DNA of 63,610 nucleotides, counting the filler, from Octopus bimaculoides (lineage: Eukaryota), in the NCBI RefSeq assembly GCF_001194135.2. It is 6 parts of 6 records of this genome, joined end to end, with 100 filler letters (N's around TTAATTAATTAA, not from the genome) between each part and the next. Parts side by side here need not be neighbours in the genome. Positions count along the whole stretch, not along the records: positions 1 to 24,564 come from NC_068993.1; positions 24,665 to 34,063 come from NC_068996.1; 4 more parts are not named here. One strand, given 5' to 3'. The notes beneath the pieces were generated by a model. The model did not search any database. It was given only the letters and a program-made list of their open reading frames with translations, and was not told the DNA's origin. How positions within the stretch are numbered: the stretch's first letter is position 1; the number at the start of each line of letters is the position of its first letter. Shown piece by piece: positions 13,551 through 25,665 of this stretch. A program made the position numbers and the translations under genes.

Positions 13551-14722
13551 GTTAACATGTTGACATTCTGTCTTTTATTCTTATCAATAAACAAATAACT
13601 ATCGTCACCATTACTCACCTCCGAGATCTGCCGCCGTCACAGCAATCCTACTGAACTTCTAGCATTGTCTACAAAACCCCTCACCACCCACTACCATTTA
13701 CCATCACACCGAGCCTTCTATGCCGTCGCTGGACCAGCTAGAAATAGCAGCCGTTTCTCCTTCAAACAATCCCACACAATTGTCTTTAAAACAAGTGACA
13801 GACGAGACAATGAAGTCCTGGATATACAAAATTTCAAGAGAATGCTGGGGCATTCTCTTGAAATTTTAGCCGAAAGAATCGACTCCGGGACTTTTACATT
13901 TTTTTTGTTTTTGTTAAGCTTAATTCTTATTCTATAAGGATTCCTTTTCCGAATGGCTAAGTTACTGGGACGTAAGCACAGCAACACCGGTTGTCAAAGA
14001 AATGCACACACATAAATATATATCTCTTTTACTTTTTTTACTTGTTTCAGTCATTTGACTGCGGCCATGCTGGAGCACCGCCTTTAGTCGAGCAAATCGA
14101 CCCCAGCACTTATTCTTTGTAAGCCTAATACTTTTTCTATCGGTCTCTTTTTGCCGAACTGCTAGGTGACGGAGACATAAGCACACCAGCATCGGTTGTC
14201 AAGCGATGGTGTGTGTGTGGGGGGGGGACAAACACAGACACACAAACACACACACATATATACACAAATATATACATATATACGACGGGCTTCTTTCAGT
14301 TTCCGTCTACNNNNNNNNNNNNNNNNNNNNNNNNNNNNNNNNNNNNNNNNNNNNNNNNNNNNNNNNNNNNNNNNNNNNNNNNNNNNNNNNNNNNNNNNNN
14401 NNNNNNNNNNNNNNNNNNNNNNNNNNNNNNNNNNNNNNNNNNNNNNNNNNNNNNNNNNNNNNNNNNNNNNNNNNNNNNNNNNNNNNNNNNNNNNNNNNNN
14501 NNNNNNNNNNNNNNNNNNNNNNNNNNNNNNNNNNNNNNNNNNNNNNNNNNNNNNNNNNNNNNNNNNNNNNNNNNNNNNNNNNNNNNNNNNNNNNNNNNNN
14601 NNNNNNNNNNNNNNNNNNNNNNNNNNNNNNNNNNNNNNNNNNNNNNNNNNNNNNNNNNNNNNNNNNNNNNNNNNNNNNNNNNNNNNNNNNNNNNNNNNNN
14701 NNNNNNNNNNNNNNNNNNNNNN

Positions 14723-14758
<36 letters not shown>

Positions 14759-15339
14759 GTGTGTGTGTGTGTGTGTGTGTGTGTATACACGATGAGCTTC
14801 CCACATTTTCCAACTGCAAGATTCACCTACAAGGCATAGATTGGATCAAGGTGGAAGGGTTGTAGTAGACGATGCTTGCCCAAAGTTCCGCGCAGTAAGA
14901 CTGAACCCGAAATCACGTGGTTGCAAAGAGAAATTCTTGACCACACACAACCATAACTCGCTGGAACAGCCATGGCTGGAATTCAGTCATAGAACTGCTC
15001 GCTTATGGTTGGCTTGAGACGAAGCACCAGTCTACCCACCATAATCAATGCCATCACCAACGCCAATACTACCAACTGCACTACCGCCGCGTCACCACCA
15101 CCAGCACTACCTCCATCACTGCAATCATCTCTAAATACTACACGCTTGTTGCATCTACTGCTACCACTACAACAGACACTACAACCACCACCGCTATCAA
15201 CCCCCAATGAACCAATAAACAAGAGGCCCTTGACATAGTTGCTCGACATACCATGAAAAACAACGAAATCTCCCTCAAATCATTCACCATCATACTTTGA
15301 GTAATGCGGTCCTTGGTTTCCTGAACATAGAAAAGAGCA

Positions 15340-15715
15340 AGTCCCACTGGAAAGGGCTGGGTACAGCCGGAATACCGTTGATCATAAGGACAGTCCCATA
15401 GGAAACGGATGCTTCAATGCCCTTAATCATTGGGGCAGTCTCATAGAAAAGAGTCGGATAGTGCTGGAATGGTCTCAGTCATAGAAATTATGTCATGGAA
15501 AACGGATAAATAAAACCTGAATGCCTTTGATCAGAGGGATAGCTCTGATGGAAAAGAATAGACACGGCTGAGATTCTCATCATCATAGGATAATCCCACT
15601 GGAAAGGGGTGAATACAGCTGGAACGCCCTTGATCATTGGGGTAGTCTCATTGGAAAAGGACGGATACAGCTAGAATGCCTTTCATTAGAGGTGATCTGG
15701 GCCTAAAGATCAACA
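15340..15715 (+). repeat. Degenerate tandem array of an approximately 50-bp SINE-tail-like module
   Basis: About 6-7 diverged units of gtc(c/t)ca(c/t)(t/a)ggaaa...gatacagctggaatgcc(c/t)ttgatcat. Single related modules occur at about 12110-12180 and about 51260-51330(-). Confidence 0.6.
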
Positions 15716-16779
15716 GTAGCAACGACCATCATTAAGATCCAGTATCATCAAAGTTCTAGGAACAAACATTTTCGGACTGTTTTTGTACCGTTTAGTCAGG
15801 GGGTAAGGAAGAACAAAGCGGTGACCCTTTACATTTTTAGGTTCTTTGAGATTAGTGAGAGAAGTGGATGCCTGATCTGAAAGCCTGTGAATGAGGAAAC
15901 TCGGCTAAAGGTACCCAATGACCATGTGGTGCTGGTGGTGCTGGTGGTGATGGTAGTGTTCAACTGGTTGACAGATTGTCTGTCACCCAAAAACTCAGAA
16001 CTCCAAGAGTCGGAATAATAACTGCAAACAAAGCCTCCGATAGAAATTTTTCAGGCAGAACAAAAGCACTTTCGGGGATTCGGGAGGAAGTCCTTTTAAA
16101 ATTCAAGAATAGAGACGGTTTAGGGTTAGGGTTAGGATATTCTTGATCCCTTCTTTAGCTCATCGTCCCCAGGTCGTTGTACCGGCTGAATCCTCCTTCT
16201 ATAAATCTTTACAGGAAGTTATCCCACCAGACACTCTAACAATTCCGTCAATCCACCACTTCTGAGCGGCTTCTTTATTTTATCGACTCAGAAAGAATGA
16301 GCGGTCATGTTGACTTGGGCGTGATTTGAACTCTGAGCGCAGAGAGCCTGAACAAACACCACAAAATCTTCTGCTCTAATAACTCTTTTGTTACTATATC
16401 TGCCAATGATCAAGCAGTCAATTCTCTGGCATCACTTTCACCGCATTACCTTTTATCAATGTTAATTATGATTCGTGTGCGTCGATCCATTTAAAAAAAA
16501 AATTTTTCTTGTTAAGTGGATGGAGATTTTTATAAATATTTTGAATTGTCTTCCTTGTCATCATTTGGTTGATTAAAATCTTAGTTCAACAATGTGTACC
16601 CTCTCTCAATACATTTATTAAACTCGAGTAAATAAATTTATCGTACTAACTACGTTAAGAGTGATGTGTTAGCACTTATTATTTCACTGTTATTCATCAA
16701 AGCCAACGTTGTAATTTCTGTATATATTTTACAATAAGTTTCCTACCAATCTGCACCAGCACCATTGCAGCCAATTCTA

Positions 16780-16997
16780 TGACCTCCACCCCCACCCCCA
16801 CCACTACCATCATCATCATCATCATCACTACTATAAAATTTACACCACCACCACCACCACGGCAACACCTATATTACCGCCAACAAACAAGTTATTATTA
16901 CAATTACGATACGACTACGACTGACATAATTTTTAATATTACTACCACTACCACCACCGCCATTACCACACTTTTACGACTACAATGCTCAACACTG

Positions 16998-17029
<32 letters not shown>

Positions 17030-17306
17030 GCTGCTACTACTACTACTACTACTACTAGGATCAACAGACATCACTACCATTAAATATTACGTTAACCACC
17101 CGCTATTACAACTACTTATGCCGCCGCCACCGCTGCCACCTCTATCACCGCTAAGTGTAACGCCACCCCTGAGATCCGTGTACTAAACTGTCCTACCCTG
17201 CAACTACTATATTCATGCTAATCACAAAAAGCAAAAAGAAAAAAACTCTATCAAACAGCAACAACAACAACAACGAAAATAATGAGAGTAGTGGCTTTTA
17301 TTACAA

Positions 17307-17344
<38 letters not shown>

Positions 17345-17345
17345 N
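16780..17345. repeat. Compound trinucleotide microsatellites (CCA/CAT/CTA/AAC) and (CT)n
   Basis: Directly visible. Similar compound tracts lie at 15030-15200, 50437-50510 and 55005-55260. Confidence 0.85.
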
Positions 17346-20300
17346 NNNNNNNNNNNNNNNNNNNNNNNNNNNNNNNNNNNNNNNNNNNNNNNNNNNNNNN
17401 NNNNNNNNNNNNNNNNNNNNNNNNNNNNNNNNNNNNNNNNNNNNNNNNNNNNNNNNNNNNNNNNNNNNNNNNNNNNNNNNNNNNNNNNNNNNNNNNNNNN
17501 NNNNNNNNNNNNNNNNNNNNNNNNNNNNNNNNNNNNNNNNNNNNNNNNNNNNNNNNNNNNNNNNNNNNNNNNNNNNNNNNNGTGTGTTGCAGGCCTACAC
17601 ATAACTGGTTGTTTTTGCAGGGGGCTTTTTTTTGTAGTTTCCAAGAAAATTCTTGCCATGCGTTTTATCATGAAACAGAGAAATCTGCTGCATATTTTGA
17701 TCACTGACTTATTTAAGGTCAAGTGGTTTAACTCATCTGCAATCGCTGACCTTTGAAGGGTTACTGTGATTGATCTTATCCCACTTGATAGCTGTTTCTT
17801 TGCTTTTTTTTTTTTTTGTCGTTATTTTTTTTTTCAAGGTGAAACGGCTTAGTGAATAATGCAGTAATTAGATTATCTAAATATCAACCAATGAGCTGAG
17901 GTTTCAATATTGGCAAAAGGAAATTTTGATCGGCCTCGATCCGAAAACTCAGTATCGAATTTTGCTTTCAAGCATGCAGGGACGGGCGTGGCTTTGTGGT
18001 AAAAGTTTGCTTCCCAACCACATGGTCTTGCGTGGCACCCTGGGTGAGTGTCTTCGATTATAGCCTCGGGTCAACCAAAGCCTTGTGAGTAGATTTGATA
18101 GACGGAAACTGTATATGTTTGTGTGGTGCGTGGGTGTATGTTTGTTCCCCTAGACAATCGGTGCTTGTGTGTTCACGTCCCCTCAGCTCAGTGGTTCGGC
18201 AAAAAAAGTTCGAAAGAATTTGTACCAGGCTTTTAAAAAAATAAGTGCTGAGATCGATTCTCCAAGGCACGGCCCCTGCGTGACCGTAGTCCAATAACTG
18301 AAACGAGTAAAAGATAAAAGATTAAAAAAATAAAAGATAAAGGCACAGGCTTAATTATGTAGTGAAAAGGCTTGCTTTGCAACCACGTGGTTTTGAGTTC
18401 AGTTCCACTGCGCGGCACCTTGGCTTAGTGCCTCCTGCTATTGCGCTGGACCGACCAATGACTTGTAGATGAACCAGGTAAACGGAAATTATATGTAAAC
18501 CCAACGTGTGTTAATTTCAGTATTTGTATTTTGTTTCCTTCCCACATCTTGACGACCAATGCTGGTTTGTTTACGTCCCTGTAACATAGCAGTTCGTGAA
18601 AAGGGGCCAATAGAATAAGAACCAGACATTAAAAAAAAAACAACCTATAAGTACTAGAGTCGAGTTGTTCGATTAAACCCGTCAAGGTGAGATCTCAGCA
18701 TGGCCGCAGTCCAGTGAAGGAAGTAAGTAAAAAATCATTCTCAAATTTCCTGTCTTTCAAGAGAAATCATCAGAAAGACCTTTACGGCATATCGCTCCTC
18801 ATTAGAACCTTTAGATGGTGCATTTTATATATATGGTTTATGCATGAAATGGCTGAATAGATAAAGTATTAAACAAGGTCATACATGTAGAGTGAGCTCA
18901 GATCGGCTGCAGGTGTTTCGTTATATTCTGAATGGGTTACTAAACTTGACGTAATTTAATTCACTATTATAGTGTCGAGGATAAGAAGCAATTTTTTGAG
19001 AGAATTATTGCTATTTCTGCTTACTTGAAGAAATCACTTTAATATGTCACAAACTCTAGGGATTAAATGTCCTATATGCAAAATGTTTAGAACAAAGTAA
19101 ATGAGAAATGTGATATCAATGCATTTCTCAAGTATATTAGTATCTCATGGGCATTGGTATACCAAAAGTGTAAGCATCTCAAGGGTATTAGGGTATTAAC
19201 AAAATGTCTTCAATTCGAGAATGCTTTCAAAGAGATTTGCCTTCAGTGAAATGCGTCCGACTGGCAGCTGAAATCGTCTTACAGTCTCCAGAAGCATCAC
19301 TTTTACTCATTTGTGTTTGGTTATTTAAACAACAAAATTATTTGCAGAGGTAAAATGTAAATTAAGATAAAGAAAATAGATTATAAATTATTATTATTAA
19401 TTATTCATTTATGTTCCAATCACCCAATATTTCAAATGAAATGATATAAAATCAAAAATAGATACATAAATGAAACTTATAACAATAAAGAAAAAATATC
19501 ATAAGATTTGTAATGATTAGAAAAAGACGAAATTCTTGAGTAAATAATTAAATAGTAAAATTATGTTGCAGACGTCTTTTGCAGCTTACATTTGCATACT
19601 CCAAATCCGTTCGATCAATAGTACAGTAAAGATTTTCAAAGCATTTCAAAGTTTTTCCATTTGATGCTACTGGACGTATGCACATAGCTAATATATGCAT
19701 TTATTCATACACTCAGATATTATATGCAAGCACATATAACTAAATCACCGGTACTGTCTTCACTCAAACAAGAAATGTGTCGCTTTATTAGTAGCCAACT
19801 TTTATTCTGTTAAAAACATTTGTTATTCAAATATATTACATAGCATCATGAAACAAAAAGATCAACAGGAAATATAGTTCCACCGAAACCTCATAAATTT
19901 AAATCGTCTCTACTTAACCTGTGAACCAATTTCATAATGAGTTTTCCAGTCAGATTTCTGCAACTGCAAATGTTACTGCTTGAAACAAAGATATATATAA
20001 TCAAATGCATTAAATGGTGTAATACAGAACACCATGTGTGCTTTCTTAGTGCCCCTTTCATACCCGGTTCCTGAGACTATACGGGTGTGCTGTGCAATAG
20101 AAAATAATTTATACCTATAAACAAACTATTGTCATGTCTATACTAAAGGAACACATTGTTATTTAGCATCTTCTTTTCATTCAAAAGACGTCGATAATTT
20201 TTCCTTTTCTAAAAAGGAAGAAAATACAAGATATATTTCTCGGAGACAGAATTCCCCTGATATTCTCTACTGGCTTCAAACCAAATTCTTTATCATTACA

Positions 20301-20900
20301 ACACATATCCGACATTTAAACTCACTTTCACCACTGAGACCTATAAATAAAATAAATTTAACACAAGCTATGGTCATATTAATCACAACAAGCATTCACT
20401 TTGATATGTTCAAGGACTATCAAGAAATGCCCAAACAAAAACTTCTACTTAAGTTTTTTCCCTTGATTAATCAAGTTATTGGTATAGCCATGAATGAAAA
20501 GCCTCCCTGGATGGTGACATACAAGGCTGTAACTTCTACAAATGTTACTGTAAGCTCCATAAATATAAAGGTGCAGCTTTGTATTTGAATCATGATCTGA
20601 CGGCAAGTCATGATCTTTTCCTCTTGGAACGGTGTACTTCACTATCTGTTTGTTTATATTTCACTATATTGTCTAGTGGTAGACATTTTTTTCATTTGCT
20701 CCCTGGCATAGCTTCACGCCATAATTCCATTGGGAATTACTTATGGCTCAAGCAGGAATCAATATCGTATCGCAATGTCAGCTTGCCAAGAGCTTACTAA
20801 CACTATAAAGAGATCACGCACACACACAGGTGGGTACATACATTACATACATACATACATACATACAGACATACATACATACATGCATACATACATAATG

Positions 20901-21500
20901 AGGGAAACGAAATATGGAGATCACGAGATTCTTTATGTGCCACAACAATTGTTTCAACCATCTTGCATCGGATGCACAGTATCCCATCTTGCGGATGCGA
21001 TACTGTGTTGCATCTTCCGTTGCAGATGCACCTCATCTGATATCACCCACAGTTTTGATATAAGTGTCCGTAGATCTCAGGAATTCCGCAGTGATCCTTG
21101 AGTTTATAAAGAATAAGGGAAACAAAAATGGAGTTCACGAGAATCTTTATTCACCACGACGATCGTTTCGACCCATCTTGCATCGGTCCGTTGCGAGTGG
21201 GATACTGTACAACAGGTTGTGTTGCATATCAGGTGTCATGTGTTAAAGAAGCTGCCTCGCTAAATATAATCGGTTACACTTAGCATGTTGTAGCTGCCAG
21301 CAGGTTGTTGGCTATAATGACAGGGGATGGATACAATTTTCGGATTAAAACCGGTTAATGAGTTTGGTTATAGTTCATAGCGAATACATGACAGAGTAAA
21401 GTAGTAAAAGACAAAAAATAGAAAATGACAAAGGATAAGAATTAAAAGATATAATTAAGAAAGATAAGTATACACGTGTTGACAAAAACACATATATAGA

Positions 21501-21551
<51 letters not shown>

Positions 21552-22140
21552 ACACACACCCCAATGGACTCGTGGACATACATACCTACGCTCACGCCGT
21601 TAAGCAGATGTCGCTGGATACAGTCGTAAACAACTAAGATGGTCGTGTTAGAGAAAAATAAAAGATGATAGCGTGAGTATGTATGTCCACGAGACCACTG
21701 GTGTGTTTGTATATGTAAGTCTACGTGTGTGTTTATGTCAACACGCTTATACTTATCTTTCTTCATATTATCTTTGAATTCTTATCCTTTGTCATTTTTT
21801 AATTTTTATCGTTTATGATTTTATTCTATGTCATGTATTTTCTATGAACTATAGCAAGATTCACTAACCAGTTCAAACCCAGATATTACATCCATCTCCT
21901 GTCATTATAGCCAACAACCTACTGGCAACAACAAAATGCCAAGTGTAACCGAATGTATATAGCGAGGCAGCTTCTTTAACATAAGACACCTGAAGAGATA
22001 TATCTACGCCGGAGGATGCAACACAACCAGTTGCACATTATCCCACCAGCAACGGACCAATGCAAGATGGGTCGAAACGGCTGTTGTGGTGAATAAAGAT
22101 TCTCGTAAACTCCATTTTCCGTTTCCCGGATCATTGTGGT
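20901..22140. repeat. Long inverted repeat (about 400-bp arms) plus a partial tandem copy; Penelope pLTR/retrozyme-like, with hammerhead-like motifs
   Basis: About 21085-21505 aligns to the reverse complement of about 21715-22140 (roughly 80% by eye), with a roughly 210 bp (CA)n-containing spacer. 20901-21050 is a more diverged partial copy in the same orientation as the left arm. Confidence 0.85.
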
Positions 22141-22190
22141 TTTCGTCACTGCATGTCGAAATATTAAAAAGAAAATTTTAATGTATCATT

Positions 22191-22594
22191 AGGAGTGGCT
22201 GTGTGGTAAGTAGCTTGCTTACCAACCACATGGTCCCGGGTTCAGTCCCACTGCGTGGCATCTTGGGCAAGTGTCTTCTACTATAGCCTCGGGCCGACCA
22301 AAGCCTTGTGAGTGGATTTGGTAGACGGAAACTGAAAGAAGCCCGTCGTATATATGTATATATATATATATGTATGTATGTATGTGTTTGTGTGTCTGTG
22401 TTTGTCCCCCCAACATCGCTTGACAACCGATGCTGGTGTGTTTATGTCCCCGTAACTTAGCGGTTCGGCAAAAGAGACCGATAGAATAAGTACTAGGCTT
22501 CTAAAGAATAAGTCCTGGGGTCGATTTGCTCGACTAAAGGCGGTGCTCCAGCATGGCCGCAGTTAAAAGACTGAAACAAGTAAAAGAGTAAAAG
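22191..22594 (+). mobile_element. tRNA-derived SINE, family B, full-length copy with internal (TA)n/(TG)n tract
   Basis: Head aggagtggctgtgtggtaagtagcttgct...gggttcagtccca, body ccttgggcaagtgtcttctactatagcc, an internal microsatellite and tail ...ctccagcatggccgcag...ctgaaacaagtaaaagag. Confidence 0.9.
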
Positions 22595-22961
22595 CGTATG
22601 TAATTTTTGACGCTGAATCCGAATTTGTTATTCATTTATTCCAGAAAAATTTTGCAAAAATGTTACAGGTGTTCAAAGTTTGATAATTTTCAGAATTTTC
22701 AGCCAATCAGAAAACAGTGTGTTCATTGCCTCTTCCATCATCTGTCACAGTAGTGAGAAAGCGAGGGGGTACACCGGCATGTCAAAACATTAAACTAACT
22801 ACAGTAAACAGTGACAAACATTAAAAGATTCGCGAGCAAATTAAATATATAAAAGCTACGAGCAAACCAACAGACATTTATTAGTTTTAAAAAACTCAAG
22901 AACGAAAGTTTGCAATACACTCAAGGATTTTATTAAAAATATTATCTTTCTCGTATATCCT

Positions 22962-23168
22962 CTACATAAATCCACTAAGATAAGAGCCAACAATGGAACG
23001 GTGTGTCCCATACCGGCGTTTGTTTCCACGCTTTAAAGATGCCCAGGTACTCTCAATTTGTTGAGCGTGAGTCCCATCTTTTGAGTTTATAAATTCAATG
23101 TTATGGTTCGCAGTTTTATGTTTGAAATCATAGACCACGATTTCTGGGACAAGTTCGCCACAGGTCAC
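22962..23168 (-). mobile_element. Merlin / IS1595(ISXO2)-like DDE transposase fragment
   Basis: HKTANHNIEFINSKDGTHAQQIESTWASLKRGNKRRYGTHRSIVGSYLSGFM matches the H-x-TVNH...F...G-HTQ-IES-W...SYL-EF signature of the family. TIRs were not identified. Confidence 0.8.
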
Positions 23169-24564
23169 TGAAAATAGTGGCTCCTGAAAGAACCAAGTGT
23201 CGTATGCAGTAGTTTACTCCTTGTGTGCATGCGCAGTGTCTTTGATTACTATGGAAACAGAGTTCTTCGCAATCAGCTTTGGAACACGTGGTGCTTCTTT
23301 GCTTACTATGCTAACAGAATTTCACGGTGATGTGTAAAATACTCGCTTCTGGTTAGATAAAATGCCAAAATTTTGCAAATTTTAAAAGCTAATAACTTTT
23401 CAATTATGGACTTAAAGGAAAAGTGATTTTCATTTTCATAATTAGTATACAAAACTTAATCCATATACTAAACAAAACATATATATATGGATCTAGTTAA
23501 ACTGATTCACAAAATCTGCATTTTTTTAAAAAGAAGTAAAAATCTGACAATCGGCTATATTAATGTAGTTTCCCACTCTTATTGATATATAGGTATGATG
23601 TTGTGGAGAAAGAGATTTGAGGAAAAAGTTATAGAGGTTTAAAAATTGAAAAAACTTTATTTTTAGCCACTAGCGAGACCGAAATTTTCTGCGTTTAGCG
23701 GTGTCAACTTTAAGATTGTAGCCTGTGAAATTTAGAGCGTCTGTAAAATGATCTGTTCATTGTAGGTTCCTAAATAAACAGAAATACCTAATAAAATCAA
23801 GCTGTATCATATTACTGTTTCTTTTGTCCCTTCATTGATTTCTTTAGTGTTTTGTATGTTTTTATTATTTTTTTTTATTTTTTTAAATAAATATATTTGT
23901 CAGCATGTGTTAACTTTATGCGTATTTCAATATTATGTATCCCTGTCATGTATTTGTGCACATCATTAATATATAAACGCATGTATGTATTCATATATAA
24001 GTTAATGTGTACATTTATGCATTCATATGTGTGTAAGTGCGTGTGTGTGTGTGTGTGTATGTGCGTATGTGTGTGTATGTGTGTGTGAAAAGGGAGTGTC
24101 TGTCTCCAAAACTTCAAAGTTGTGTAACGTTTCTATACTTGGATTTGTAAACTACAATAAGAATAACACTGGTCAACAAAGAATTTGTCCCAAGGTAAAA
24201 AAAATACCTGTATCTTGTATGTTTTTGCATGCAGAATTCAGAAATAATGTCAAATTATCTGTATCACCCGCAGTTTCTCTGTTCCACGACATCCTCTCAG
24301 TTCCTGTCACGTGAGCTAAATTTCAGTTAAGTTGTTGAAATGTGAAGCTAACGGTTTAAGAAATACTCCTAATTTAAATGTTTATGAATAGAATTAACCT
24401 AGTGAAATAATAAATCCAGCTGAGTCAATGAGTCCCCGAAGCTTTTGTTATATATGAAAAATATGTAAAATATTAAGACAAATAACGAAAAATATCTATA
24501 ATAAAATTTTAATTGATGAATACAAATTTCTATTAAAGCATAACACGCGGGTGAAGCAAATCTC

Positions 24565-24664
24565 NNNNNNNNNNNNNNNNNNNNNNNNNNNNNNNNNNNN
24601 NNNNNNNNTTAATTAATTAANNNNNNNNNNNNNNNNNNNNNNNNNNNNNNNNNNNNNNNNNNNN
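24565..24664. other. Artificial 100-nt scaffolding spacer (44N-TTAATTAATTAA-44N); also at 34064-34163, 48026-48125, 58181-58280 and 62047-62146
   Basis: An identical palindromic 12-mer with stops in all six frames is centred in a fixed-length N run five times. Confidence 0.95.
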
Positions 24665-25206
24665 GGTCATGGCGACTGTTTTGTGGTCTGCGGCCGGTCC
24701 CATCCATCACAGCTTTTTGGATCCAGACGAAATACTTACAGCGAAGTACTGTCAGCAAATGGTTGAAATGTATAAGAAACTCCGTCAACAACAGCCAGCA
24801 TTGGTCAATAGAAAAGGACCAGTTCTTCTCCACGACAACGCTCGACCACACGTCGCACAACTGACCCTCCAGAAGTTGAACGAATTGGGCTACGAAACTC
24901 TGCCTCATCCGCCGTACTCAACAGACCTCTCGCCTACCGACTACCACTTTTTCAAGCATCTCAACAACTTCCTGCGTGAGAAATGCTTCAAAAATCAAGA
25001 CGATGCCAAACATGCCTTCAACGACTTCATCGCCACCAGAATGCAGGATTTTTACACTAATGGCTTAAATAAACTTGTTTTGCATTGGCAAAAGTGTGTT
25101 GATTCTGATGGTGTTTATTTCGATTAATAAAGTTTTGTTTGAGCCGAGATATGTGCATCTGAATTTAAAAGTTAATAACCGCGAGAACTTTCTTGACAAC
25201 CTAATA
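24665..25206 (+). mobile_element. Mariner transposon, 3' half (DD34D transposase C-terminus and right TIR); 5' half lost at the assembly join
   Basis: ORF 24669-25127 is uninterrupted and contains LLHDNARPH, HPPYSTDLSPTDYHFF and WQKCVDSDGVYFD. A TIR-like aaccgcgagaactttcttgacaacctaa (25177-25204) is followed by TA, resembling Hsmar1-type ends. Confidence 0.93.
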
Positions 25207-25603
25207 GCAAAGGCGGCGAGCTGGCAAAGGCGTTACCGCGTCGGAAAAAAATGCTTTTCTTCCCATTTTAGGTTCTGAGTTCAAATACCACGTGGTCAAC
25301 TTTGCCTTTCATCATTTCGGAGCCGATAAAATAAGAACCAGTTGAACACGGAAGGGGCATGTAATTCACTTACACCCTTCCACGAAATTTCTGGCCTTGA
25401 GATCAAAATTTGAGACTAATATTAACCTGGTGTTTGCAACATAAATTAACACGAAATTTGGATGAATATTTTTATTTAGCTCACTTTAAAGCATGATGTT
25501 TGTACGATAGAAACGGGGGTGGTGTTTTGTTTTGTTTTTTTGGTAGGATGATATCGAAAGGGTTAAGTTATAACGTCCAGTCTATGAGGAACTCACTTTC
25601 TAC

Positions 25604-25665
25604 CATCGGGTATAGGAATATGGAGCATCGGGTATGAGAATATCGAGCATCGGGTATAGGAATAT
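25604..25665. repeat. 22-bp tandem repeat, about 2.8 copies
   Basis: catcgggtataggaatatggag / catcgggtatgagaatatcgag / catcgggtataggaatat. Confidence 0.85.

Noticed and set aside
12240-13563. ORFs rich in HT/CV/SL repeats
   Set aside because: These are translations of (CA)n, (TG)n and (CT)n microsatellites.
16120-16136. Interstitial telomeric (TTAGGG)n
   Set aside because: Fewer than three units, which is compatible with chance.
24609-24620. Recurrent palindrome TTAATTAATTAA (5 copies) as a biological motif
   Set aside because: It is always centred in exactly 44+44 N and encodes stops in all six frames, so it is an assembly spacer.
25422-25566. piggyBac-like MITE ending in aaagggTTAA
   Set aside because: Only one convincing terminus; the other end does not form a matching TIR.
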